The notes below the pieces were generated by a model. It was not told where the DNA came from. It saw only the letters and a program-made list of their open reading frames with translations, and searched no databases. From Eledone cirrhosa (lineage: Eukaryota), in assembly GCA_964016885.1 (NCBI GenBank), contig OZ024745.1:44640001-44704000 (forward strand): DNA of 64,000 nucleotides. The letters run 5' to 3'. This document shows, piece after piece, positions 28,153-40,819 of this stretch. The translations under genes were made by a program, and so were the position numbers. The number at the start of each line of letters is the position of its first letter. The stretch's first letter is position 1.

Positions 28153-30478
28153 TGTCTGGTTTAATGATGCTTTCCTCCCCCCACCCTTTGTTCCCTAACT
28201 AAACAATAACAGTAAAAAATCAAATCAAAGGAAGGAAATTTCATTTGAAGTAGAGGAGTGGATAAAAAAAACATTCCATTTATATTTAGCAAAATCCAAC
28301 AAAAAACTATTGATTCTGATATTTTCAAATTTGCGACAGAAAGAAGGATAGGAGGGGGTGTGATATTAATAAAAAAAATATGAGTGGAGGTTTAAGAGTC
28401 ATTTCTTGTCATTTAATTGTCAAAGACAATCACAGTAACAACTATAATAAGAAGCTAGCCCTAAAGCCAAGATATCATTGTCAAATTAAGATCGAATATG
28501 GATTGAAATGTTTTATTAATAATGTTAAAGAGTTACATAAATGATCTTTTTACTAGGGTACACTGATTAATGGAAGCTAATCAGTATTGGAGTTGTTTTG
28601 CAAATTAATCAGTTTTGATAATCAGCTATTAATGTTTTTCAGCAAGAAAACCATGGTTAACAGAGAAATTCAGAAAACATTAGGTTCAACATGTACAAAT
28701 ACATAAGAAACATATTTCCTTGTACAGTGAACCTAAGCTCACCAGTGCTCAAACATGCTGATCAACATAACTGGAAATTACTTTAAACCTCCCAGAGGGT
28801 TTAATTCCCTGTAGATTAAAGAGTGTCAGAAGAGAAGAGACCTTCCTAGTCACTTGAGAGGATATGTTTAACTTATCTTTTAAAAGAGAATAATTTTAAA
28901 ATTTCACAATTCTGATTACATATTTAAAAGCATTCAAAAATGTTCCTGTAATTTTGCTTCTTGTTTATCTTAATGTACTAAAACAAAAAATAAAATTTAA
29001 TGATCAAATTTAAGAACTTGTAAATTATAATGTAAAAATATCAAGATATTCAGATCATAATAAATTTCTTGCAAGCTTGTATATATTACATCCTACAGTA
29101 AAATCAGCCTAATGTTGTCAACATGTGCTCTCAAATAGTAGCCCCATAATTGTGATTAATGATAAAATATTATGATGGGTTGGGTTCCGTCAGGTTTACA
29201 AGAAACGTATGTCAAGACAGCATCATTTATATATATTGAAATCACAGTGTAGTTTAATCACAAGAGCAGAGATCATCATAGTTATGGTAGAAGACAAGGA
29301 AAACAGTGATAAATGTGCTACAGAATGTTAGAATGTTGGTGAACGGAATTTTACCTATCAATCAGATGAGATACGTAACTCAGAATGCTCGTCTAAATAT
29401 GGGAAAAAGAAAAAGAGGAAAAAAGCACAGAAACGAGAGAGCAGTATCATAAGTTCTATTCTGTTTTGTAAAGTGTCAGCAACCATTCTGGCATGTTTTA
29501 ATCACAAAAAAAAAGAAAGAAAAAAACAAACTCAACCAACTCTTGGCTATATTAAAGATGTTCCACTAGCAGATGTTTAAAATGGTTTTTTAACTATATG
29601 GTAATGATGAGTGGGGAATGTGGAATTGATGTGTTGTTTATTACCAAGCAACTATGATCAAACAGACTTTTTTTAATGGTTTGGTCTAGTGGAAGAGGTT
29701 GTGCATATGGCATTTATAGAACCTCTGAGATAATGTTTTACTTGAACAACTGGAAGCTGACACCTACAGAAAAAACATGTACAAGAGAAAGGGTTGATAT
29801 TCTGCGGAAGAAATGTGGCTAGTGGAGCTGAATGGGGGCACTAGGTGAGCGACGAGTAGAGTTTCGTCTAAAGGTCCGCACCAAAGTGAAAGGGTAGGAA
29901 GTGATATTAAACCAGATCATAATAAGACTGAGGACTATCATTAAAACACCAAGAGACCTCCTATGAGATGTAACTTCATATGAGGTCAGCTAAACCTATG
30001 CAGATGTGAGCTGTAATAAACCAAATGGTGTGAAGAACCTGCTAGCCACACCACCAAAACTCAATGTGAAAAGGCTTCTACATGGTTGCTTAACCTGTCA
30101 GATATAGCAGAACTACATTGGAATTGGTTAAATTCAGTGCCTTCCTCAAAAACTGGTACCCTTCTTGATGATGAATACATCCATATTAATTGAAAAAATG
30201 TGAGATAGATGAAGTCAATAAACAAACCGCTTTGCTAATAAGTTTCTCTACAATATAAAGTTGAAAGCTGAGCTGAATCACAAGAGCAAGAGACTACTTG
30301 TTAACTAATTATTGCATGCACTCGCAAACACAAAGCTAATAAATTTTATAACAAAACAAATCTGGTAGGCACTACTATGGATAGCAACAACAAAATACAA
30401 CTATCAAAGTTTAAATGAATCAACTGAATATATATCTGTTGAACTGTTTGTGATTCAGAACAAAAGTTTTATTACTTT

Positions 30479-30730
30479 AGAAACTAGCATTTTGTTTGAA
30501 AGCTACCACAATGTGAATTAGATGGTAAAATGTTAAAAATAGAACTATGTTGGGATGTTACCTTGCAGTTCTTTATAGGTCCTTATATTTTTGGGTGAAA
30601 TTCCTTCATCAAAAGATTAACAAGAACCTATAAAAAAACTGCAAGGTAATAACCCAATGTCATTATTATATTTTTAATATTTACTGTCCTATTCCCATTG
30701 TGATAGCTTTCAAACAAAACACTAGTTTCT
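30479..30730. repeat. Imperfect palindrome of about 250 bp (foldback/MITE-like)
   Basis: agaaactag..ttttgtttgaaagcta..ttaccttgcagtt mirrored by aactgcaaggtaa..tagctttcaaacaaaa..ctagtttct; a partial one-arm copy lies at about 52740-52812. Confidence 0.8.
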
Positions 30731-30856
30731 ACACTTTACACAATGTTTTCAATCAAAGAAGAGCCTCAGACATGTATAGATCTAGGGTGAGTGTTGTGGC
30801 AGGATGGGACTACAGCCAGGGCTGGGTTTAGGGAACAAGTGGGACCGAAGGGGATG

Positions 30857-30999
30857 CTTCATAAATGTTTCAATGGCTGCCTTAGCTACAACTGTAAGAC
30901 TGGTTCCAATATAGATACATTGGTTCATCGATGAACTAGTATCAATAAAAAATAGTATTATCATCATTGCTGAATTTGAAATTCAAAGTCTTTGCACTC
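30857..30999 (-). pseudogene. INTS6: Orphan copy of the INTS6 (Integrator subunit 6 / DDX26) first coding exon
   Basis: MMIILFFIDTSSSMNQCIYIGTSLTVVAKAAIETFMK aligns without gaps to the recalled INTS6 N-terminus (MPILLFLIDTSASMNQR...AKGAVETFMK). It is preceded by a pyrimidine tract and AG; similarity stops after the K. Confidence 0.8.
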
Positions 31000-31124
31000 C
31001 TAGAGAAAGAAAAAACAATTCTTTGTTCAATCAATCAAAATTCTAATGTTATTTAAAAATTTGTGTATGCTTATATACACTTGTAAAATATAGAGTTCAT
31101 CACATAATGGTAATTATAATCTTT

Positions 31125-31530
31125 CTTCTTTGCCCACTTATTTATGAGAGGGTTGTGGGGCAAAGTCCTCAAACACTCCTTCCAGTAGGTTGTGTCAGAA
31201 ACAACCATCTCAATTGATCCAACTGAATCCACAAGCCAAACCAGATGAGCTTATGATTTTATCCAACCATCTTGCTTGGGGGTCTACCCCTGGGGTCTCC
31301 TGACAGTTTTGCATGTAAAATCTGCCTAGTGATTCTTTCCTGAAACATTCTGGCCACATGTCCATAGTATCAGAGCTGTGATCTCTCAATTTGGAGAAAT
31401 AGCAACCCTACCTAGAGTGTCGCTATGATCTTTGAACTACACTCTATCAAGTAATGTTACTCCCAAAGATCCTTCGGAAGAACATTTCGTGTATTGTATT
31501 CTTTTGGTTATCACCCAAGGCTTGATGCTA
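31125..31530 (-). mobile_element. Degenerate LINE 3' fragment (related pieces at 37770-37980 and 42045-42178)
   Basis: Shared cttc..gcccacttatt..tgagagggt.gtggggca end and GRP/RWLD-type remnants. Confidence 0.55.
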
Positions 31531-33519
31531 GACAAATAAATATTGTAGTGATAACCCATTTTGAAACTGAAAAAGAGGAATTAGTTGACTACAGTTGAAT
31601 GGTGTACAATACAAACTTAAGAGGCCAGCTGAGTAGAAGTGAGTTGTATAGTAAATATATTGTTCTAGTAATGTAAGGGAGTTGACTACACTAATATCAA
31701 TCTGAAGGGAAACAGATATATGCTGGATGATAAATGTTATGAACTGGTTGTAGAAAATATACAATATACAGGCTGTAGAAGAGAAAGTAACTGGTAAGAA
31801 AATTCAAGACAGAAATATTCTGTAGGACAATGCCTGTCAACCAGCAACAACAATAATAATCACAATCTATAATACAAGGTTAAATAGACACAACACATTA
31901 ATTTTATGCTTAGATTGTGAGCATAAGGTATATAACTTTTAACACTTAAAATGTTCTTCTATGCTAACATAAAACAAATTAATTTGGCATATGTATCCAG
32001 ATTAGAACTGGTACACCATATTCCTGCATTCTGTAAGAAGCATATAAAAAGGTTGGTGTCAGGAAGGACACCCGGTTGTAAAAGATTGCCTTATAAATTG
32101 TTGTCCAGCCCATGCCAACATGGAAAAGTCAAAGTAAAAACAATGATAATTTTCCTTATCCTTACATTTTTAACCCATTCATGAGTGTATTTCTTATAAA
32201 ATATATTGAATATGTATTAATTTTGAAAATAATTAGGAATTTGAAGGACTTTGGTAACTAATTTTTTTCATTTAATCAATGTTTAAAACAAAGATCTTAA
32301 ATAATATTTTTTTAATGGCTCTGAAATCATTATTGATATGTTTTGACATTTAGTTCAGCCAAAGATCTTAACTCAATTTATAACATGTCAGAATTTAGTT
32401 CATATAATTCTTTGAAGTAAACACAAATGAGTACATACTTGTATATACACATCAAAAAGTTTACTTCATGGATATTTGGGGCAATAAAGGTAGACTTTTT
32501 TTAGTAAATAAATATCAGTCATCATTTAACATTTGTTTTTCGTGCTTGTAAGGATTGGATGGGTTGTCACAAACTGAACCAGTTCACTTATATACATTTC
32601 TGTACTCTATTGAGTACACAGATAAGCTGGGGGCTAGCATATTGTTTACATATGCTTCTGTGCTTTACTGGGTGTATTTTTTCATGGCATCAGCATTAGG
32701 GAGGCTGTCATGCCTTTGACAAAGTTGAAGTGTCCTCCCTACTCTTTGTTTCACAGAATTTCTATGGCTGGATGCCATTCCTATCACCAACCACTTTAAA
32801 GAATGTACTAGGTGCATTTATCATGTAGATCACCAAAACTAGAGAGAATATCATGTCTTTCACACAACTGATGACACCTCCCCAGATTATATGGCTATGC
32901 TTCTAGTTTCCCTGTTTTTGTACATAGCAATGGAAATAACATTTAAAACATTTGACACCAAGTCCACCCTCTAAGGTGGTTGTGTTATTGACACAACAAA
33001 AAGCACCCAGTCCACCCTGTTAGGTGGTTGTATTGGTGACAACAAAAAGCACCCAGTCCACACTAATGTGGTTGATGTTAGGAAGGGGATCCAGCTGCAG
33101 AAACCAAGCCAAAACACAGCTCTGTATGAGCATGTTGGTCTCCGGACTTATCTGACCACTTGTCTAACCCATGCAAGCATGGAAATATAGATGTTAAACG
33201 ATGATGATCACAGAATGAAGATTCATAGATACAATAGCTTTCAGTCATTCCTAACTGTAAGGACTCATGACACTTGTAGATATATATTAGATGAAATGCA
33301 CATGCAAACAAATATGCAGACAAATTTGAGAAAAGAAACACTTTTTCATTTACATAAGTTTTTGTAGATTTTAAGCACTATGATTAAGTTGTGTGCTAAG
33401 CAGCTGAAGTATATGATAAAGTTATCTCTCTCTCGCTTCAGTGCTGACTTGGTCTATGTAGACCCATCTAACCCTTGCTAGCAGGGTAAATGGATGTTAA
33501 ATGATGATATATATATATA

Positions 33520-34438
33520 ATCAGCAGTGGGGGAGGGTGCTCTGAAAGTACAGTAACTAGAGTCAGAACTGGATGGAAAAAGTTCAGAGAGCTTATACCA
33601 CTATTAGCTGCTAAAGGGTTCTCCCTAAAAATGAAAGGCAGGTTGTATGATGCCTGCATACGAATAGCAATGTTGCATGGCAGTGAGACCTGGGCATTGT
33701 GTGCAGAGGATATACGCAGACTAGAGAGGAACGAAGCTTGCATGCTCCGCTGGATGTGTAATAGTAATATACGTGAACGGCAAAGCATAAATGAACTAAG
33801 GGAAAAATTAGAAATAAGAGGGATCAGATGTTTACTCGAGAGAAGGCTACGTTGGTATGGTCACGTGATGCGCATGAAAGATGACAGCTGTATAAAAAAG
33901 TGCAGGGCAATAAAGATAGACGGTAGCCACGGAGTAGGCAGACCCAGAAAAACCTGGGACGACCTGATAAATTCCGACCTCACACACTTATACCTCTCCA
34001 AGACAATGTCACTGGACCGAGATCTTTGGCGGTACTCAGTAATAGAGAAGATCCACCTTGCCTAAATACAAAGTAAAACCTACTACAGTAAGTAGGCATC
34101 TCTAACAAAATACACCCCCCCCCCCCACCCCATCCACACCGCCCCTTTCAATGTAAAGTTACGTTGGTGCCACAACATCCAGGCCGAAACAAATGAGATC
34201 GTGTAGGTGTCACAACAAAAAACACACAGTCCACGCTGTAATGTGGCCGTGTAGGCAACACGGTAAAAACCTCCCAGTCCCACACTGTAAATGTGGTTGG
34301 TGTTAGGAAGGGCATCCAGCTGTAGAAAACCCGCCAGACAGTCCTCTGCGAGCAAGACAACCACTCTTGCCTCAAGTGGGAAAACTCCCGTCCAAACCCA
34401 TGCAAGCATGGAACATGGACGTTAAACGATGATGATGA
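33520..34438 (+). mobile_element. 5'-truncated RTE-type LINE (ORF C-terminus, 3' UTR and (GAT)n tail)
   Basis: KGRLYDACIR..MLHGSETW...RRLRWYGHVMR...GRPRKTW; near-copy of 42720-43660 in the opposite orientation. Confidence 0.92.
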
Positions 34439-35041
34439 TATATATATATATATATTAAACAAGATAAACAGATGTAAAAAACAGTCTTATTAGTTTCACA
34501 CTTAAGAATGAAGATAGATAAATAAATAAATGTTTCAACATATCAGACAGTCCTTCATCAAGAAAGAGTAGAGTCCAGAGAAAGAAAAAGTTGAAAAGTA
34601 AAAAAAGGGGCAGAGCAGGTAAGTAGGATTTGGTAAGTTTACATTTCGATATACTGAAATATGTAAATTTTTATGTATTTAGTCTTGATTACCTTTAATC
34701 TGCGTGTGTGTATATATATCATCATCACTGTTTAACATCCATTTTCCACAATAGCATGGGTTAAACGGTTTGTTCCATTTAAGGCAAGTTGGGTCAGGTG
34801 ACCGTGTCATGCTCATATAGAACTGTTTCTGGCTAGGTTTTAATGGCTGGATACCCTTCCTAACACCAACCACATTTACAGTGTGTACTGGGTACTTTTT
34901 GTTGTGACACCTACACAACCACTAGAATAATGACTGCTTTAGTGATTTGATGCCTAATGATCATGTGGATAAGCACTATACTTTAAAATATATAAGAGTT
35001 AGTATCAGCAAGTGCGTCCAACACAACATGGAAAAGCAGGT

Positions 35042-35257
35042 TTAACCCTTTAGCATTTAAACCGGCTGTATCCGACCAGAATTCTCTCACCCCTTTCTGT
35101 TCCAACTGGCTGTAACTTGCTACTCATACTGATGTTAAAATATTCTTCTCAAAATAAATAATATCAAAATCTCATAAATTCGACATTATGTGAGATAAAA
35201 CCTTTACTGCGAAAATACAAAAGGATATATAGAGTAATGTAAATGCTAATGGGTTAA
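35042..35257. mobile_element. TTAA-flanked MITE, second subfamily
   Basis: ttaaccctttagcattta...taaatgctaatgggttaa terminal inverted repeats. Confidence 0.75.
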
Positions 35258-35701
35258 AAGCAACATTGATAATTCATCATCACCATCACTGTTTTAAATT
35301 TATTTTCCACACTGGCATAGGTTGGACAAGTGGTCGTAATCTAAGATCAGACAAATCAGATCATCACATCTTATTCGTACATTTCATTTTGTCATGGTTT
35401 CTATGGCTGGATGTCCTTCCTGTGGCTAACTACTTTACAGTGTACATTTTATTAAGGTATCAGTACTCTCCATTTGTCAGGATGGACAGAGTGCATTTTA
35501 TCATGGCACCTGTACCACCGCTACACATGATGGACTGGGTGCATTTTATTATGGCTTCAGCACTACCACTAGAACAATTGATATGTTCTTAGCCTGACAG
35601 AGAGAGAGACAGTGACGGGTGTGGAGAGGGCAAGTGTGTGGGTCATGGAGATGTCCTTGGAAAGAAGGAGAGTGAGGACCACCAGCTTATGGGGGTGTGA
35701 T

Positions 35702-36050
35702 TCATCATCATCATTTTACGTCCGCTTTTCCCTGCTTGCAAGGGTGGGACGGGAACTGATTCTGGCTTGATTTCTACAGCTGGATGCCCTTCCTAACACC
35801 AACCTCATTTACAGTGAGCGCTGGGTGCTTTTTGCCGTGTCCTTTACATGACCACTTTACAGTGTGGGCTGGGTGCTTTTTTGCCGTGGCACCTCCACGA
35901 CCACTTTGCAGTGGAATGATAGGGACCCCAGTCCTATCATCTCATTTCTACAGCTGAGTAAACTGGAGCAATGTGAAATAAAGTGTCTTGCTCAAGGAAA
36001 CAACACATCACCCAGTCTGAGAATTGAACTCACAACCTTTCGATTCATAA
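35702..36050 (-). mobile_element. Second SINE family: tRNA-like head, CORE-like ccttgagcaagacac block, RTE-derived tail
   Basis: Inverted near-copy at 53650-53915; tail shared with the LINE 3' UTR at 34290-34438. Confidence 0.8.
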
Positions 36051-37454
36051 GATGAATATATTTAAGGTTGAGGTGCCCCACTCTGTGTGGGCAATGAGCA
36101 TCACAAAGGGTAGGTAGTGATGATTTAGATAGTAAGGGATGGGTAGATGACCAAAAGGGAGTCAATGTGAGAGAAGGTAGACTAAAGCGAGGGGAAGCAT
36201 ATGGCGGGGGCACCCAAATGTTGATATACCTCTCAGCCGTTACATTGACATCCTCCCTATGATCGTTTCAACCTGTATACATGGAGGGGCACGTTTTTCA
36301 TAGTACAGAAAATCAAAGGTCAACTTGTTCCTGTGTGAAGCCTAAATTCCTATGGTCAGCTTTCCTATGCCTTTCAAATGCCCTGCATGTCATCTATATA
36401 CATCATATGCCCATACCATTGTAGTCTACTCTCTTGTACACTGCATCTGATCCCTCTTATGCCCAGTTTTTCTTTCAGCTCACTGATGCTTCATCATTCT
36501 TGTACATTACTATTAGGCATGCATTGGAACATGCTTGCCTCAGTTCCTTCAAATCTTCTGTACACAAGACTCAAGTCTCACTTCCACGCAGAGGACATAT
36601 ACACTAGAGAGATGAAGTAGCCAGGCTTCATTAGATGTGCAATGTAAATGTGTGAGAAAGGCAGAGCTTAGATGAACTGGAGAGAAAGTGAGCTTAAGAG
36701 GAAACCGAGGTGGCATGCAGGAGAGAAGACTGTGTTGGTATGGACACTTATGAAGTTCAGTAAATTATTACTGGTACATTCTGCTGTCTTCATCTGCTTC
36801 TTACTATACTGAATTATCTAATTATTTCAGACATATTCTTTCAATTATGTTGTAGTTTGTTTTTACATACTGGTTTGCAACGTTGAATATTGCCAAAAAT
36901 CCTTGCTCTCTGCTAGATATAACTTCCATCTATATACTATGGCTAAATAAATGGCTGAGAAGCTCACTTCACAATCATACGGTCTCTTTGCTATAGCCTT
37001 GGGTCGACAAAAGTTGTAAGTAAAATAAGGTAGAAAACTGTGTGGAAGCCTGTCAAGATGGATTATATTGGCAATTCAAAGATCTAGTCTTGTCACATAT
37101 TGTGTCATACTGATTCTGCATGAGAATTACATTAAGGGTACTTGTGTCTGTGGAATACTCATCCATTTAGATGTTAATTCATAAATTGGGTGTTCAGTTG
37201 ATCAAACAACTGAATGCTCATCATCATCAAAATCAGAGGAGGATCCATCATATACCTATCACAGATAGTCCAACTTCTATTTCTGCCAAGCCTGGCATTT
37301 ATAACTTCATTTACTATATTAATCCACCACTACATTCTTTGCTATCTGCTGTGACCTCTACTTCATTCACAAATCTGTTCTGTGATCTTGCAGAGATATC
37401 CTTAAAAAAAACTAACTTCCAACTGTCCTGAATGTTTACATAAAGATATGCAAT

Positions 37455-37680
37455 CAAGTCTTCTTGATCCAAGGTCTTGAAATCACTCATGGAGAAGGAA
37501 CTCCTCCCTGGACTCCTACCCCCGCCAGTCTTGGCCATGAGGGTCCCAGGTGGTTGGTGAAGTCGTCTCACCATCTTGTCCTTGCACGTCCTTTTGATCT
37601 TGTCCATTTTCTTGGTGTCCACTGTCACTCTGATCATCCACCTGTTGAGCCGTGAGATGTGGCCAGCCTATCAAGTACTA
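37455..37680 (-). mobile_element. RTE-type LINE 3' ORF remnant
   Basis: AGHISRL..RW..RVT-WTPR...GR.RTRW-like remnant, similar to 42500-42690. Confidence 0.6.
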
Positions 37681-39108
37681 TTCAAATATTTTCACTTAAA
37701 GAGACTTCCTTTTACTTTGTTTAGTACTAGGTCTGTTTAGATCACAGCGCCAATACTACAGACACGTGGTTAGAATGTCTAAAGAAAGAACCACTGGACA
37801 AATTTTATGGGGCAAAGCCAACCGACAGGAGAACCAGAGGTAGACCACAAGCAAGATGGTTGAATAACATCCATGAGCTCAGTTTGTATCACTTAGGAAT
37901 CCAGCTAGATCAATTGGAGACAGTTGCTTCTGATAGGACCCTATTGGAATGCATATCTAAAGACTCACCCCTTCTGAAAGATCAGTAGTTCCACTTGGTC
38001 TGTGACGACCTGTCTAACCCTTGCTAACAGGGGAAATGGACGTTAATGATAGTGATTATATATGCATACAAACACACACACACACTATCTACGCCAGCAG
38101 GAAAACACATAGATGCTTAAGAAGGTGATAACTCTACTCATTTATGTTCGATTATGGTCTATTACAAACTATGGTCTCATCATAGTCCAGTCAGATGAGT
38201 AAGTAACAGAACCAATATAACATCTAAGCCAATGATTTAAGAACTTCATCTTATTTTGAGGTTGATGTTTATTGCGTGTTAAGCAAACCTAATACGTTAT
38301 AAATAATTAAGTAGTTAAATACAAATTATTTGATTCTAAATTAAGTTTAGAAGTACTGAGAAAACATCTAAATATTTGGTGAGACCTGATTTAGTAAAAT
38401 ACAAGGGAATTTTATATTAAGTAGCTTGCGTTTGTTTTTGGTAAAAATGATAGGGTTCATAATTCACAATATTAACATTCTAGCTTTGGGGCGCAAATAT
38501 AAAGATAATTATAAAGAAAATTGTTGTTGTTCAGGATTTAAAATGAAACTTTGTAAATATTTCCGATTCATGATTCTAATATAAATGGGTTTACATTATT
38601 GTGTACTACTTGTATAAGTAGTAATAAGATAATTTATAGCATACATCGTTACAAGGAATTTGGTCAAAAGGAATGTTGATAGAGAATTACTTCACCATCA
38701 TGACTTAAGCTATTTCAACTTTATACAATCCTTTATTTTTCTAAATTTTTTACTGAAAAAGTAAACATACATTGCTTATTCATATATGTGTTTTCTCTTT
38801 AAACAGAGATAAAATGAAAAGCATGTTACTAAAACTGACTTTTCCTTGGCATGCCAAATAGTGATGTAGTTTACGCAATCAATAAAAAGTTTCGCTCTCA
38901 TCTACGAATTAAAACTAACAAATGTTATTCTAATCAATTTAGTATAGTACATTGAAATTATATCTTGTATTCATGAAATTCTCATAGACGGTAGCTAACA
39001 GGCTTGATTAAAAATAATATAAATTTCATTTTCAGTATCATGGAGTAGAAAATTTAAAGATAAATTTACATTCAGGAAAACGGAAGTAATGTGCTTGCGC
39101 GTGTGTAT

Positions 39109-39145
<37 letters not shown>

Positions 39146-39702
39146 ATGTGTGTGTGTTTATGTACGTTACAAGGACAGGGCAAGAAGACACTATCTGTTT
39201 ATATCTTGATAATATAGTTCGAGAATTCTAATTTGCACATGAAACTGTTATTTGTTGTGTTAATGCAAGTAAAAAGAAGACCTGCTTTCCAGAAACTTAT
39301 GCCTATAAAAAACATCACAGAATGATATTTTGTTCGGGTGTAAAAAGCAATAGGTGTAATATTGAAAGTAAATATTCGAATCATAATTTATACAAGTAAT
39401 AATAATTTGTGTATCAGCATATAATGTATCAATACAAAAACATTTGGCTAATAGATTTGTAGATTGCTACGCAAAAATATACAGTCCTGCTGGTCATTAT
39501 CTATTAAATAAATAATTGTTTCTATTTTTGGCACAAGGCCAGCAATTACCAGTATATTACTGGTAAATGAAAGAAGAAAACATTTACAAATCAGGATGGT
39601 ACTGTTTTGTTTTCTTTCATCGTAGAATACTTACTTTATAATTAACGGAGGGAAATGAGTTGTATTTTTTTTCTTTCTTATACATTAAAAAAATTAACTT
39701 AC

Positions 39703-39860
39703 TCGTTTCTAAGTATTCATGTATTTTTTCCGAGACAGGTTAAGTAAACGAAGATAAGCGAAAATAATCGTTCCAAGAGAGAGGGAAAGAAATGAAGTAA
39801 CGAGGTCGACAAACACTGAAAGACCAACTATGGCGCCGCGCTGAGTTTCATAGACTTCCG
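39703..39860 (-). other. EDC3: Probable non-coding first exon of EDC3 (5' boundary approximate)
   Basis: The ATG exon starts at a splice acceptor, so an upstream exon must exist. Here a CpG-enriched stretch ends in a consensus donor CGA|gtaagt at 39702. Confidence 0.6.
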
Positions 39861-39945
39861 CTAACTAACCCGGTTTCAATATAATACAATATATAAAAGA
39901 TTAGCCCGGTCGCAGCTTCCATTTCCGCCTACTTCTGCGCAGTTT
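39825..39945 (-). promoter_or_regulatory. Putative EDC3 promoter (ETS-like and YY1-like motifs)
   Basis: Minus strand has GCGGAAGT (about 39854-39861), GGCGGAAATG (39920-39929) and GGCGCCAT (39830-39837) in a locally CpG-rich patch. Confidence 0.5.
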
Positions 39946-40356
39946 AAAACATTTTTTCTTTTTTCAATTACAGAATAAAAATTTAGTCCCAAGAAACTTG
40001 TGTTTATCTGTGTTGACCAAAATAAACATTTGAGAAAATTCTTAAAATTAGATAAATTAGTGTGTAGTGTGGAGAATTGAGTTGTGATGATTTGTGCAAT
40101 GACCTTCCAAGGAAAAATAAATCCAGTCTCCCGCTTTATATACATGTTTGTATGTGTTTACATTTTAAAACAAAGCGAAACGTGCAAATAGAAACAGTAC
40201 ACATGGGACAAAATTAATATGTGGCCGGTAAATGAAATCTCTAATTTCATGCAGTGGTGCAATATTCACAAACGTTTACATCATACATTCCCACCCTCCC
40301 ATTCACTCAAACACACACAAGCCGAAACCGCTTGACACCGCAGTCGGGATTTTACG

Positions 40357-40401
<45 letters not shown>

Positions 40402-40660
40402 CTTGCATTACTTTTATCTATTTTCTTTTGCCCGTTAAACTTTTGCCTTTCTTGAGGAGATTTTTCAAATATTTCACTGTTTTAAATTGCCTTGTCTGAC
40501 GAACGAATGAGGACGTTTCTTGTATTCGTCTTATTCTGGAAACCTCTGGTAATGAGGTAATTATATTGTATTGTTTATTATACATTAAATTTAGCTCTGT
40601 AACTTACATAGAGCACTCTTCACTCCTATGACTTTTTCAATTTTCAACGGAAACTTCAAT

Positions 40661-40704
<44 letters not shown>

Positions 40705-40790
40705 AAAAGTAAACAAATAACAAAGCAAACGACACAGTACAACGAAGAAATATATTAGTTTAACATTTTATATAGAAGGAAAAAAAGTGT

Positions 40791-40819
40791 TAACGTTTCG
40801 GACAATAGTCCTTCATCAG
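40791..40819 (-). ncRNA. Minimal hammerhead-ribozyme-like core in a probable Penelope-like terminal remnant
   Basis: Minus strand CTGATGA-A-GGAC-tatt-GTCC-GAAAC-GTTA; stem I is not evident. Confidence 0.5.
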
